From the NCBI RefSeq assembly GCF_964213995.1, contig NC_135807.1, positions 91,884,001 to 91,948,000 of the forward strand: 64,000 nucleotides of DNA. The letters run 5' to 3'. Under the pieces are notes generated by a model. That model made no database searches. It was not told the origin of the DNA and worked only from the letters and a program-made list of their open reading frames with translations. The position numbers were made by a program, and so were the translations under genes. This DNA comes from Mustelus asterias. Taxonomy: Eukaryota. This document shows, in pieces, positions 38,880 to 51,641 of the stretch (positions are counted from its first letter, which is position 1; each line of letters starts with the position of its first letter).

Positions 38880-39180
38880 AAAAATTGTTTGTTTCTATCT
38901 AGTCGCATCTATTGTTGAGACTCTCATCCAAGCCCCTTGGTCAACTCTAGACTTAATTATTTCAATGTTGTCCTGGGTGGCCTCTCATCTTTCATGCCCG
39001 ATAATCTTCAGATCATCCTGTGCCAAATCCTGCTCATCCATCACTGATTCTTGCTTCTCTATATTGTCTCTCAGTCACCTAAATCATCTAATCTAAAGCT
39101 CTCATCCTCATGCTCAAAAGCTCCATAGCTCTGCCCCTCCCCAGCACCATAAATTCTTCCAACCTGACAACCAACTTTCA
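38880..39180 (+). mobile_element. L2 LINE ORF2 C-terminal remnant
   Basis: gagactctcatccaagcc..tctagacttaattatttcaatgtt..ctgggtggcctc = ETLIxA..SRLDYxN..LxGL-like. Confidence 0.6.
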
Positions 39181-39334
39181 TCTTTCTAAACACTTTTAGG
39201 ATTGAAAAATGATCCAAGCTGCTCGACAGAAGCATAATGGGACAAAAATAGACACCAAGGCAGAGAAGGAGCGACTGGTAGAGGTAATTTAAAACTTACT
39301 CAAACAGATTTTACAAAGACTCTTAAAGTAAACC

Positions 39335-39930
39335 TGTCCTTGGCTCCATGCCTACGCTTTAGTTAAGAAAGCCCACCAATGCCTCTACTTTCTCAGAAGG
39401 CTAAGGAAATTCAGCTTGTCCACTACGACTGTCACCAATTTTCACAGATGCACCATAGAAAGCATCCTTTCTGGATGTATCACAGCTTGGTATGGCTCCT
39501 GCTCTGACAAGACTGCAAGAAACTATAAAGAATTGTGAACATAGCCCAGCCCAACACGCAAACCAGCCTCCCATCCATTGACTCCCGCTGCATCGGGAAA
39601 GCAACCAGCATAATCAAGGACCCCGCACACCCCAGACATATTCTCTTCCAACTTTGTCCATTGGGAAAAATATATTAAAATCTGAAAACACATACCAACC
39701 AACTCAAGTACAGCTTCTTCCCTGTTGCCATCAGACTTTTGAATGGTCCTATCACATATTAAGCACATATCACATATATCACTCTATTGGTAACTGCAGC
39801 ACTATATTCTGCACCCTATCCTTTCCTTCTCCCCTATGTACTCTATGAACAGTATGTTTTGTCTGTATAGCTCACAAGAAACAATAGTTTTCATTGTATC
39901 CCAATTCATGTGACAATAATAAATCAATTC
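39335..39930 (+). mobile_element. Rex1-type LINE 3' fragment
   Basis: KKAHQCLYFLRRLRKF..CTIESILSGCITAWYGSCS..; ends ATGTGACAATAATAAATCAA. Confidence 0.88.
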
Positions 39931-42284
39931 ACTATCTTAGTGAATGTGATTATTGAGAGAATTTACAAATTATTTGTTTTTGTTTATCATATGATCAGAA
40001 GAAGACCAACACATTTGGTTTGGTCTGGCCCAGAATTATATGAAACCATGTGGTATGTTTTGTAGGTGAAAATGTGGCTATTGAGTTAGTAGCTAATGCT
40101 GTCTTCAATTTTTGCACATGCATTGGTCCAGAGTTTGCACTTTTAAAAATGGTGCAACTATCAATGCATGTTGATAGGAAGGGAATGCACGAAGAGGAGA
40201 CAACGCCAGAGTGACAAGTAGACAAGAGTGTGTGGTTCGTGATTTGGTACTTGTGGTAACTTCTGGTAATTTTGTTCTCAAGTTTATATTTTGATTAATT
40301 GTCACAGAACTGACAAAATGTTCAATCTTCACTCGAGTTAAATAGCCAAGTTAAACAGGGAGTTGCCTGGCAGTGACAGTTACTTGTCAATCAGCTGAAA
40401 GTTAATTACTGTAGCAGGAAACTAAGCTAGTTAGTGGCTCATTAGAGTGATATGGAGACAGTACATAGTTGGGAATTTAGTTCATATGGAAATTCAGGGG
40501 GAAAGACATGAATCCATTTTTAAAAAATTTTCAGCCTCCATTATTTGGTGAGATTTCTTCCCGTCTCCAAGCTAGGAGAATGCAACTCTCTATTACATTT
40601 AGCTGTGTAAATTATTAAGCAATTGGTTAATTAAGTAAATAAGGTTGGGCAGGAACGGCAGGTGTGCCGTGACTGCAGCATATGGGAATCTGTAGAGTGC
40701 ACTGCAATTGTGGGCAACCATATCTGCAGTAAGTGCCTGCAGCTTCGTCAACTTTAGCTTAGAGGTGCTCAGTTTGAGTTGCAGACATTGCAGGACATTA
40801 GGGAGAGATACAGCTCCATGAGCACTTCGTTCCAGGAAATGGCAATACGCGTCAGGCAGAACTTTAGCACTGGCCAATTTTCAGGGACAGGGGGATGTGT
40901 CTGCGAGTCAGGCAGGTATGGGGAATTAACATGTAGTGACGGAGGAACCTCTGCTCTAACTTTGTCCAGTAAGTTCAAGAGGCTGGCTACCTGTGTAGAT
41001 AAGGAGAAGTATTGCAAGGTGGATGAACAGATTGTCTATGGCATCATGTTAAAGGATGCCATTTAAGTGGGGGTAGTGAAGAGGAAAGTGGCAGTGAAAG
41101 GAGACATTGTCAGTGGGAAAGGTTCTATTCGCTGTAGCCATGAGCAGGAGATCTGAAGGTTGTGTCCCCTGCCTTATGTCACAGTTAAAGATATCTCCTC
41201 AAGGCTGGAGAGGAACCTGCAGTGGGATGAGGAAGAGTCAGTTGTTGTGGTCCACATGAAAACCAATGACATAGCACAACATCATTTCAGGTTCTACCAA
41301 AGAGAAGGTGAGGAATTAGGGTCCAAAGTAAAATGCAGAATATTCTTTCTCCTCTCTGGATTGCTGCCTGAGCCATTCACCAATTGACATTGGATCAAGC
41401 AGATCTGAGAAATAAATATGTGGCTCAGAGAGTGACGTGGAAAGTAAAGATTTCATTCATGGGTCACTGGCATCTGTTGGGATGGACCTCATTTGAATTG
41501 GGCTGGGAGCAGTGGTCTGGCGAATTATATAACAATAGATGTCAACATGACTTTAACCTATAGGGGAGGGGCTGGGTGAAAGGTAGATGGTGGGGAGGGA
41601 GGGTTCAGGTGAAGTGAGGTTAAGAAATCCAAAGAGGAAGGCAAGGCATCAGAACACTATGGCAATGTGGGTAAAGATAAGCAGAATGGAGCAGGGAGGG
41701 ACAGGAAGTTTTTTAAAAGTGTACATCAGTGAATCAGGTGATTGCAGGGATAGAAGTATAACAATGAAATTAAAGGATCTTTATTGAAATGCATGCAAAA
41801 TCTGAAATAAGATAGATTAACTAGTGGCAGAAATAAAGATAAAAGAAGAGTATATAGGCCCCCTAATAATAGTTACATAATTGGACTGAACATTAAACAA
41901 AACATTATTGGAGAAATTATTGGGACAAAGGCAATATAATGATTGTTGGTGACTTTAATCTTCATATAGACAGGACAATCAAAATGGCAAGAATGGAGTG
42001 GTCTAGAAGATGAATTTGTAGAATGTTTTCTCTGACAGTTTCTTGGAACCATTGTGGAACCAACTAGGGATTAAGCTATCACTGATCGAGTATTGTGTAA
42101 TGAAACAGGGTTAATTCATGTCACAGTAAAAGATTCACTGGGAAAGAGTGATCCTAATACCATGTTAAGTTTGAAAGTGGCATACTCCAATCACAAACAA
42201 GAATATTACACTTAAACAAAGCCAATTGCACAGCTATGAGGGGAGAACATTTTTAATCTTAATTGGGTAAGGTTATTAAGGGGG

Positions 42285-42415
42285 AGACGATGGGGTAGTG
42301 GTAATATCACGAGACTAATAATTCAGAGACCCATGTTAAGGCTCGAGGATATGGGTTCAAATCCCACCATGGCATCTGTTGGAATTTGAATTCAGTTAAT
42401 AAATCAGGAAATTAA
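42285..42415 (+). mobile_element. tRNA-SINE head fragment (2610 family)
   Basis: GATGGGGTAGTGGTAATATCAC...GGGTTCAAATCCCACCATGGCA...GGAATTTGAATTCA. Confidence 0.75.
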
Positions 42416-43934
42416 GAATAGTATTAGATTAAAAAAAGAGGTTTACCATATTGAAAAAAGCAATATGTCTGAGGATAGCAAGTGGTTTAGAAACCAGAAA
42501 GGGCCACCAAAAAGTTGATAAAAATGGAAAAATAGAATGAGCGTGGACGAGGCAGGAATATAAAAACAGATTGCAAGAGTTTTTAAAGTATGTGACAAAG
42601 AAGAGAGTATCTAAAGTAAATATTAGTCCCTTAGAAGCAGAAACGGGAATAATTATCATGGGGAATGAGGAAATGGCAGAAGCATTGAACAAGTATTTTG
42701 TATCTGCATTCACAGTAATAAACAGAAATAGAGAGCAACATAGGAGGTAAAAATGAGGAAATTAGGTAAATTAATATCAACAGAGAAAAAAAAATTGGAG
42801 AAACTTAAGGAACTAAAATCTGACAAATCCTTGGAATCTGATAGTCTACATCTTATAGTTCTAAAAGACTGACTGCAGAGACAATGGATCTGCAAACTAT
42901 TATATTTTAAAATGTAGATTTGAGAATGGTCAAATCAGACTGGAAGTTGGCAAATGTTACATTGCTCTTCATGAAAGGAAGGAAAGAGAATACGGGAAAT
43001 TAAAGACCAATTGGCCTAACATCAGAGATTGGGAAAATACTGGAATCTATTATTAAAGTCTTAAGAATGCACGTTAAAGAACATGAAATGAGTAGAACGA
43101 TTTAATGTGATTTTACTAAAGGGAGATCCTGTTTGGCAAATTTATTGGAATCTTTTGAGGATGTAATTAGTAGGGTAGATAAAATGAACTAGATTTACTG
43201 TATCTAGATTTCAAAAAGGCACACAATAGATTAAGAGGCAAAATAAGAGTTCATGGAGTTCGGGGTAATATTTTAGCATGGATAGAGGATTGTTTTAATA
43301 GAGAGCAGAGAGTGGGCATAAACAGGGCTTTCTCAAGTTGGCAGGCAGTAAGTATGTGGTGCCTCAGTGGACCACTGTTGGGGCCTCACCTATTTATGAT
43401 TTATATCAATGGGGTAGATGAAGATATAAAGTGCAATGTATCTAAATATGTTGATGATACCAAACTAGGTGGAAAGGTGAGCTGTGAAGGGGACAGAGAG
43501 ATGCTGTAAAGAGATATAGACAAGTTAAGAGAGGGTGCAACAAGATGGTAATGGACTATAATGTGGGCAAGTGTGAAGTTATTAACTTTGATCAGGAAAA
43601 GATAAAAGTAGAATAGTTTTTACAAAATGCGAAACTTGTAAGTGTTGATGTTCAAAGAGACATGAATGTGCTTGTACAAGGAATGTGAAAAGTTAGCATG
43701 AAAGTGCAGCAAGCAATTAGGAAGGCACATTGCATGTTGGCCTTTACTGCAAGTATTGGAAAAAATAATACTTGCTATAATTGTACAGGGCTATGTTTAG
43801 ACCAGATCTAGAATACTATGTACAGTTTTGGTCTCCACATTTATAAAATTATATAAGTGCATGTTGAGGGAGTTGTCCAATGATGAGAGGCTGAGTAAAT
43901 TGGGCTTAGATTATCTGAAGTTTAGAAGAATGAG

Positions 43935-44543
43935 TATTGAGGGGCATTTAGTTTAAAAATTGGCAAGCCATGTTGCAGATTTATAGAACCTTCATTAGGC
44001 CACACTTGGAATATAGTGTTCAATTCTGGTTGTCACACTACCAGAAGGATGTGGAGACTTTGGAGAGGGTACAGAAAAGATTTACCAGGATGTTGCCTGG
44101 TATGGAAGGCATTAGCTATGAGGAGAGCTTGGAGAAACTTGGTTTGTTCTCACTGGACCAACGGAGGTTGAGGGGCGACCTGATAGAAGTCTACAAGATT
44201 ATGAGGGGCATGGACAGAGTGGATAGTCAAAAGCTTTTTCCAGGGTGGACGAGTCAATTAGTAGGGGGCATAGGTTTAAGGCGCGAGGGGCAAGGTTTAA
44301 AGGAGATGTACGAGGCAAGGTTTTTACACAGAGGGTGGTGGGTGCCTGGAACTCGCTGCCGGGGGAGGTCATGGAAGCAGATACGATAGTGAGTTTTAAG
44401 GGGCGTCTGGACAAATAGATGAATAGGATGGGAATATGGTCCCCAGAAGGGTAGGGGGTTTTAGTTCAGTTGGGCAGCAAAGTCGGTGCAGGCTTGGAGG
44501 GCCGAAAGGCCTGTTCCTGTGCTGTAATTTTCTTTGTTCTTTG
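43935..44543 (+). mobile_element. Younger CR1 3' fragment nested in the older CR1
   Basis: ORF 43970-44389 RPHLEYSVQFW..ERVQKRFTRMLPG; GGGCCGAAAGGCCTG hairpin; TTCTTTGTTCTTTG tail. Confidence 0.9.
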
Positions 44544-44562
44544 AGAGTTCATCTCATTGAAA

Positions 44563-44869
44563 TGATATGTGTCTGTATGATGTAATGGCATTATGATGTA
44601 AAGTTCTTGGCAAAACAAGGTTAACGTGGCACTAGAGAGTGGCGCCGTCCACAGTGTGATGTATGTAGGCACAGGTTAAAAGAATAATTTGGAAGAACCC
44701 TGTAAGTAGCTAGCCTGCATGGTTGGAGCAACACCATGCAAGGTCATACTTGGAACTTTAAACATTTAAAGCCTATCAATAAAGGTGTTTCTGTTTAAAC
44801 ACACAGGCCATAAGATCTCGTCAATAACCACTGCAGAATAAAGAACCCATATTACATAATAATATGACA
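44563..44869 (+). mobile_element. Probable solo LTR
   Basis: TG...CA ends and an AATAAA; interrupts the CR1 motif ATCTCATTGAAA|CCTACAAAATT; no clear TSD. Confidence 0.45.
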
Positions 44870-46386
44870 CCTACAAAATTTTGAAGGAGCTTGATAAGGT
44901 TTGTGCAGATTGGGGAGTCTAAAACATGGGGGCAAAGTCTTAGGATAAGGGTCCAATCATTTAGGACTGAGATGAGGAGAAATTATTTCACTCAAACGGT
45001 TGTGGAACTTTGGAATTCTTTCCCTCAGAGGGTTGTGGATGTTTCATCGCTGAATAATTTAAGGCTGGGATGGATAGATTTTTCACTTTTCGGGGAATCA
45101 AGAAAGTGGAGTTGAAACCCAAGATCAGCCATGATTGTATTGGATGACAGAGCAGGCGATATGATCTATTCTTGCTTCTATTTCTTGAGTTCTTCTTGTG
45201 CGATCATATGGTGTAATACTGACAGCAAACATTGGCACAAGTGCAGCTAATAAGAAAAACAAGAAGCTGCTGTCGGTGATACCTTGCTCCTCCGTAACGG
45301 GTATGTTGTTTCAGTCTTTGCAGATGCATTATGCACATTATCAGTGTGCAGGATTTCTGGCCACCCATGGGCTGGAAAGTAGGGAAGTGGACCCATTAAA
45401 TAGGGCAACAGTGGCAAGTGCACTGGTGGCCCACCTACCCCTTCCCTGCTGCGGCTTTGGGAGCAACAGTTGTCAGCTCAACTCCCCAATTGAGGCTCTT
45501 AAGTGGAGTGAGAAATTAATGCCTGCTTAAGGGCCTCATCCCATCACTGCTCCAATTTAATAGGTGGCGGGAGAGGCCTGCTCCCAAGATGCAGCCCAAC
45601 AGTTTGAACTTGTTGGCTGCTAGCCAGTGAAAGGCCCTGTAAAGATACTGAATTAAATTGAGTTGTAACAGGGAAAATCAGCACCACAAAGCTTGCTAGA
45701 TCTTTGGGAACAGTTTTCTCAATGGTCAGTAGTGACTGTTGTCCTTTTATCACTCAGCAAACAATTTAGCCCAATATATCTGGATTCCAGCTCTCTTACG
45801 TGCCAATCGTGGAAAGTGGCAGCTCTTTAGTTAGACTCAGCGCTGCAAGCTGCTCCCAAGAATGCGCCACAGAGGGACTATATTGTCAAATATCCAGGCA
45901 CAAAAAGTGAGAGTAGCCAGATGGAGAACAGAGATCCAAGACCTGTGAGACTGAGAGAAACAGAAGGTTGTTCTCAAATAGAGAATTCTTGACAAGGTAG
46001 GATTGAGATATTCAACTGCACCAAAAAAGGCATTATATTGAGTTGGGTCTTCCTTTTCCTGCCAATTCAACAGTGGCCATTAGAGAAGAAATCACTTTTA
46101 AAGTAATTGCTTCCAGAAAGTACACCAAAAGATGAGTGTCACTATTCTCTCAAACAATTAAGTGGTTAACAGACTTAGTTCCACAGCACCACAATTTGTG
46201 TCGGCAAAGGGAGAAGTAATGGACCAGCACAACCATTAGTGAGATGAGATTTGTACCACATAATTGGTGTAAATCCCATTATAAATGCTGACGAAATAGG
46301 ACAAAAATAATGCACCTGCGAGGGGCCTCAGACCATCCATTTAAAGCTCACCAGTTAGACCTTAACAACTGAAGGAATTAGTCTGG

Positions 46387-46708
46387 CCAATCTTTTTTGC
46401 AAATCAAATAAATCAAATCAAATAAACTAAGGGGCAAAGTAAAAGTGGCAACCCCTTGAAAGGAGGAGGGGGGGGAAACAAAAAACGGAGTGTAAAGCAA
46501 ACTTAAAACATCAAACCAAAATGTGATTAAAGGGGTCAATAGTACCCTAGCCCCTGCGTAGCCCAACAGGCACAGAAGGGCTCAACGACGTCTGTGGACT
46601 CCACATGCCCCCTCTCCAACGAACCGGCTGCAAATGTAGCTGTGGCAGAGGGGCAGATAGTCAGGTCAGATGACCCTCTCGGTCGCTCCTTCCTTGGACT
46701 TGTTTATG
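46387..46708 (-). mobile_element. Tx1-like LINE 3' end
   Basis: 14-bp TSD aggaattagtctgg (46373-46386, 46709-46722); rc encodes SLERGHVEST..PFCACWATQGLG..DPFNHILV*, resembling Tx1 ORF2 C-termini. Confidence 0.65.
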
Positions 46709-46889
46709 AGGAATTAGTCTGGGCTAGGCTATGCAAATTGATCTTTGAAAGTTCCAATTAGGGTCCTAGACCAAACATAGAATCACACACCTAAATAGCC
46801 TTTTGCCTGTTTTAGAGGTTTTGCTGGGATCATTTGAGGTTGTCTGAAAATTGATTCAGGCAGGCAAATTGATGCATCCGCCCTCATAT

Positions 46890-47008
46890 TTGCACTGTGG
46901 TGTCAGTTAGGATTTTGTAGTCAAGTCCCTGTAGTGGGACTTAGATCTACAACAACATTTTAACTGAAGGGGCAAGTGTGCTATGCATTTGGCCATGGCT
47001 GACACTGA
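46890..47008 (-). mobile_element. DeuSINE head remnant
   Basis: gcactgtggtgtcag..tcaagtccctgtagtgggactt..gccatggctgacac. Confidence 0.55.
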
Positions 47009-47749
47009 AGTAGTTATCCATTCTATGAAATTGTCGAATGCTGACTTCGTGTATCCTGGAGCCAGCCCTATTTCATAGTGATAGGAAGCTAAGACTGTGC
47101 CTGTTTGTAGGTTTGCATCATCAGCGGAGGTCTGAAAGTTGCATGAAACAGTAACTCTTTAAGATCATGATGGCTATTTAATAGAGTGGACACGAGTAAA
47201 TTGCTGGCTGGCTTTGCAAAAAAAAAACAATGATATAAGAAGATGCCAAAGCCTCCATTTCCAGGTGGTCTTGCAGGAAGTATATGGTGTTTCTCTCTCC
47301 ACAGATGCTGCCAGACCTGTTTACCCAGCATTTTGTTTTTTATTTCAGATTTCCAGCATTCACAGTATTTTGCCTTATTTACCCAGCATGATGCATCTGT
47401 ATATCACATATTGACTGATGTTGATATTTCCTCGAGTTTCTTGGAATAAGCCTGAAGCACAAAATAAACAATCAGTGCTGCAGTGACTTTGCCTACCGTT
47501 GGCATTCTGTACTTGTGGTACAAAATAAAAAGTTACACAATGCTTTTATGTTGGCTTTGAAAGCATAACAGTTACTTGAAAAACTTACAACAAAATTGTA
47601 CTTCATCCTTGACAGATGCAATTGAGCACTGAAAATACTCAAGAATTTTGTTTCCAATTCTACATTCTTCCACAGGTCATATGTCAGCGATATCACACAC
47701 AGGAAAACAATGAAATTCTTTTCTTATAGCAGCACCGTTAACAGCCAAT

Positions 47750-48670
47750 CAACATAAGTATGTCTGTGTTGTCTCACAATCAGGGCCCAAGCCATTCCCT
47801 CACTGTGCAAGCATGACCCCGAAATAGGACATGTCAAATCTATCCAGTGGGATAATGGTTATTCCGATCCGAACATTGCTTGCTGTGTATCAAGCAGACT
47901 CTTGAGTGGGTCTAAGGCCACACGATCAAACTTGAAAAGTGTCCAGTCTACCACAGATTACCCTGGAAGAGCAAGTTATCACAAAAATTTGAGCAACAGG
48001 TGAAGCTAGCCATTTCACGCCACTATTATACAGCAGCAACATGAGTGGTAGTTTACACGAACAGGATGCTGTCATCAAGCCAAAATGACATTCTGCCTAC
48101 CGTACAAATGAATAATCTGGTTTAGGAATTTTACTGTCAGTATGATGCCAGGTGCATAGGCAGTACATCTCAACGATTGGCAGATCCTATCAACTAGAAC
48201 ACCCTTTTGGCTGTTTTCAATAGGCCGAGTACTGACCGTATTCAACTAGTGTGTGTTTGCAACGTTCAGAACATAATATTTAACATTAGATGTGATTGTG
48301 TGATTGGATACCATTTGCTGAACAATCCAGAGTATGTTAAGAATGACACTAACAGCCAATTTAAGATCATTAGTCAGATTCACAAGCTGGCTCACTTATG
48401 CTGGCTAGAAACCACATTTATACATAGCGACCTGCTTTCTGCAGGCAAAAAGATCTGTGTACCTTTTTTCGAATTAAAACACAGCATGGGGATAATAATT
48501 CACTGGTGCATTCTCCATAACAATGTCTTGACCAGAGTTAACTTGCCAACCAATCAACATCCTTTTCTCAATTCACATCAATTTTGCTCCCTTTGAAATT
48601 TGGCATTCTTGCATTTGTCCTGATGAGTGCAAGGTGTAAAGCTTCAACAACATGTTCCTTTTTACAGCAA
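47750..48670 (+). mobile_element. Penelope-like element 3' part (RT thumb/linker + GIY-YIG + pLTR with degenerate HHR)
   Basis: DNGYS..CPVY.RLPW..KFEQQV..EFYCQYDARCIGSTSQRL; ORF 48207 IGYHLLNNPE..FKIISQ..LETTFI; TGTC-CTGATGA-GTGCAAGGT-GTAAAGCTTC at 48616-48645. Confidence 0.8.
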
Positions 48671-49313
48671 TTCATCTGTATATAGATGCAAAGGTTTATA
48701 TACAAACAAATTTGTTTATCCTGATGAATGTCTCAGCTATGCAAACATTGAACGCAAACTTTTTTTTTTACACCTGGAATTGAAGCCTTAAGAACTCATC
48801 AGAATATGGAGCTAATGGAATGGGATAGTTTATGTTACAAATTGATCCACCAATGAAGCTGGTGCCAAAATTTGATAACATTTTGCAGATATTTTTCTTC
48901 GCCTTATATGTAGTCAAGGAGAAGTATTTTGGCTGACACTTAACTTAATGAACATCAGCTCTCCTGAATGTGAGTGAATCAATAGCTCAGTTACCGAGAC
49001 AAGGAGTTATCAATTTTAATAGTCATTCTCCAATCAGTCTGCACAACAGTTGGTTTCAATTATTGCCCTTAAGATCAGGAAGAGAAAATTGGATGAAGTC
49101 CTCACTTGTGATCACTATCTCATGACCTCTGGCCCCAAGGTGTGTCTCAGTTTAGAATAAAATTAAGCCAATCATCCTTTTTTCATGTGGATTCTTTTCG
49201 GCCAATGCTGATCCAGTGGTCTGATGTACAACCTGTTTTGGGATCTTTGCACTGGATTAGATTCTGACTGTTCAGCTTAATCAAATTGTTGTTGGTCTTG
49301 GGGCCGATAACCA

Positions 49314-49450
49314 TTCATCAGAACTATTCTGATGAAAGATCATTGACCTGAAATGCTAACTTTGTTTTTCTCCATAGATGCTGAGTATTTCCCCATTGTT
49401 CTTTTCATTTTTATTCCAGATTTCAACACCTACAACTCTTTGCTTTTATG
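49314..49450 (+). mobile_element. Penelope pLTR remnant with HHR-like core and short fold-back
   Basis: TTCATCAGAA cta TTCTGATGAA AGATCATTGACCT GAAA TGCTAAC...TCTCCATAGATGCTG...CAGATTTC. Confidence 0.7.
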
Positions 49451-49635
49451 TTGACCTTGGGAGTTGCTTTGACTTCACAGGAATGTTTTCACATGTCAGA
49501 AACCTAAGTTTGTCTTCCTTGCATTTTTTGACATGACTTTATTTTCTGGGAACAGCTTTTCTGGTTGACTGAAGGAAAGCTGGGAATTTCTTGATCTATT
49601 TGTCAATCTAAAAGAACCGGTGATTTCACTCGTAT

Positions 49636-49948
49636 GGGTGGCACGGTGGCACAGTGGTTAGCATTGCTGCCTCGCAGCGTCTTCGACCCGGGTTTGATTC
49701 CTGGCTTGGGTCACTGTCTGAGTGGAGTTTGCACATTCTCCCCGTGTCTGCATGGGTTTCCTCCCACTCTCCAAAGATGTGTGGGTTAGGTGGATTGTTC
49801 ATGCTAAATTGCCCTTTAGTGTCAGGGGGACCAGCTAGGGTAAATGCATGGGGTTATGGGGATAGGGCCTGGGTGGGATTGTGGTCGGTGCAGACTCGAT
49901 GGGGCGAATGGCCTCCTTCTGCACTGTAGGATTCAATGATTCTATGAT
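49636..49948 (+). mobile_element. HE1-like V-SINE
   Basis: Complete head, core and tail. Confidence 0.92.
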
Positions 49949-50294
49949 TTAATTCTTGAATTTGAAAGCATGTTATACTGTCTCATTGCTCATGACATAG
50001 AGATTAGCTTAAGTATGGTTGGCGACTACTATTTCTTCGAAAAAAAAACGATAATATCTTGGACTATGAATAAGGTAATTAACCAATCAGAGCAAAATGA
50101 ATATTCTCACATTGGAATTATATAGTCTGCAAACAACCTAAAGACTTTTCACAATGATGGCAAATGTTTCCAAACATCCTTTCAAAACTGGTGTTCTAGT
50201 CTATTAATAATTTGTAGTTGTAAGTATCCACAGCCACTGTTTGTTCAAAGGATTCTGTCCTATTTCTCCAGTAACTGCACTATCAAAATGAGAT

Positions 50295-50435
50295 AAGATA
50301 AAGTCACCATAGTCCCAGATGACCATAGGCTGCTCTCCCCTTTTGAGGGAGAGGGCTGACTGATGGTGATTTAACCTGAGGATCACCACTCAGGCAAGGA
50401 AGAACAAAGTTGAGAAGGCGGATCTTAATGAATAA
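50295..50435 (-). mobile_element. Unclassified retroposon 3' end
   Basis: rc ends with hairpin CTATGGTC-atctgg-GACTATGG followed by TGACTTTATCTTATCT. Confidence 0.5.
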
Positions 50436-51359
50436 CTTGGGGTTTGAAGGAGAATTTCTAATATTTACAATGGACTAGTTGCTGGAAGGATGGGAAGATG
50501 ATAGGCAACGTTTCAGTAATTTTAATGCGGCGAATAACAGTTTGAAAAATGGTAGAGAAGGAAGGGGAGGACATAATTCCAGCCATACTTGGAAATAATC
50601 TTTACGGTGTCTTAACTGCCACCTTCAGTATGTTCTAAATCTGGTCCTGCAATAATCATACTTAAGTACTCCAGCTCTTCCCTTCCAAAATACAATAAAC
50701 TAAGCTGCAACTATATGCGATATTCCACTACCCTCCTATTCTAAATATCACTCTTCATATGTCATTTGCAACCATTATGTTTCAGCTTGACTAAATCAAA
50801 CTGAAATGTGGCTTGTGACCAAAAATTAATAAAATTCAATGCAATTAAAAATTGTCTTGCAAATGCGATATCCAGCTGTTATTTAACTCTGCAGGTGGGG
50901 GTGGGGGGTGGGGAATCTATATTAGCTTTTGCTTTGAAACAGTTTGTCAACTGTTCCAGGTTTGTTAAATGATATGGACAATGTCCTGAAGAGAAAATGA
51001 AACCCTTGGAAAGCAGATAGTAGCAAAGAGTCAACACTATCACTGTGTCTTTGATGTTACAGAATTGATGAATTACCATTGGAAAGTCTGAGGAGAGAGA
51101 AATTGTATCTTTCTTCAGTTTTTAAATTGTGAGAATTGCCTAAGAGGTTATGAATGGGTAGAAGATGCCAGCACTGACTTGAAGTAATAATCTGGTTGTG
51201 TCATACTTTAAATTATATGGAAAAAGGTCACCAGAGTTATTCTCTCAAATTGAATCAGAATAGTAGGATAAATGAAAGTTAGTAAAATGAAATTTAAAAT
51301 ACATTTGGAAGAATGCCTTTAATCCATAGATGCTTAGGGTTTAGAATAATCATGGGAGA

Positions 51360-51641
51360 GTTTAAGTTTATTTATTAGTGTCACAAGTAGGCTGCAATGA
51401 AGTTACTGTGAAAATTCCCCAGTTCCCCAGCACTTATTTGGGTAAACTGAGGGAGAATTTAGCATGGCCATTGCACCGAACCAGCACGTCTTTCAGGCTG
51501 TGGGAGGAAACCACAGCACCCGGAGGAAACCTATGTAGATACAGGGCGAACATGCAGACTCCGCACAGACAGTGACCCAAGCCGGGAATCGAACCCAGGT
51601 CCCTGACACTGTGAGGCAGCAGTGCTAACCACTGTGCCACC
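51360..51641 (-). mobile_element. V-SINE variant with alternative tail
   Basis: aagtttatttattagtgtcacaagtaggc...ccgggaatcgaaccc...ctaaccactgtgccacc. Confidence 0.9.

Larger units (their letters stand above)
40330..45195 (+). mobile_element. Near full-length decayed CR1 LINE (ORF1 zinc finger/esterase + ORF2 EN/RT) with nested insertions
   Basis: CRDC..HICSKC zinc finger (~40660); SGNH-esterase-like VKDISSRLERNL..VVVVHxxTNDI (41160-41387); GDFN; YLDFKKA; KYVDDTKLGG; 3' end resumes at 44870 (VVELWNSFPQ). Confidence 0.88.

Noticed and set aside
48720-48730. Isolated CTGATGA motifs (also ~53004)
   Set aside because: No stem II-GAAA arrangement follows.
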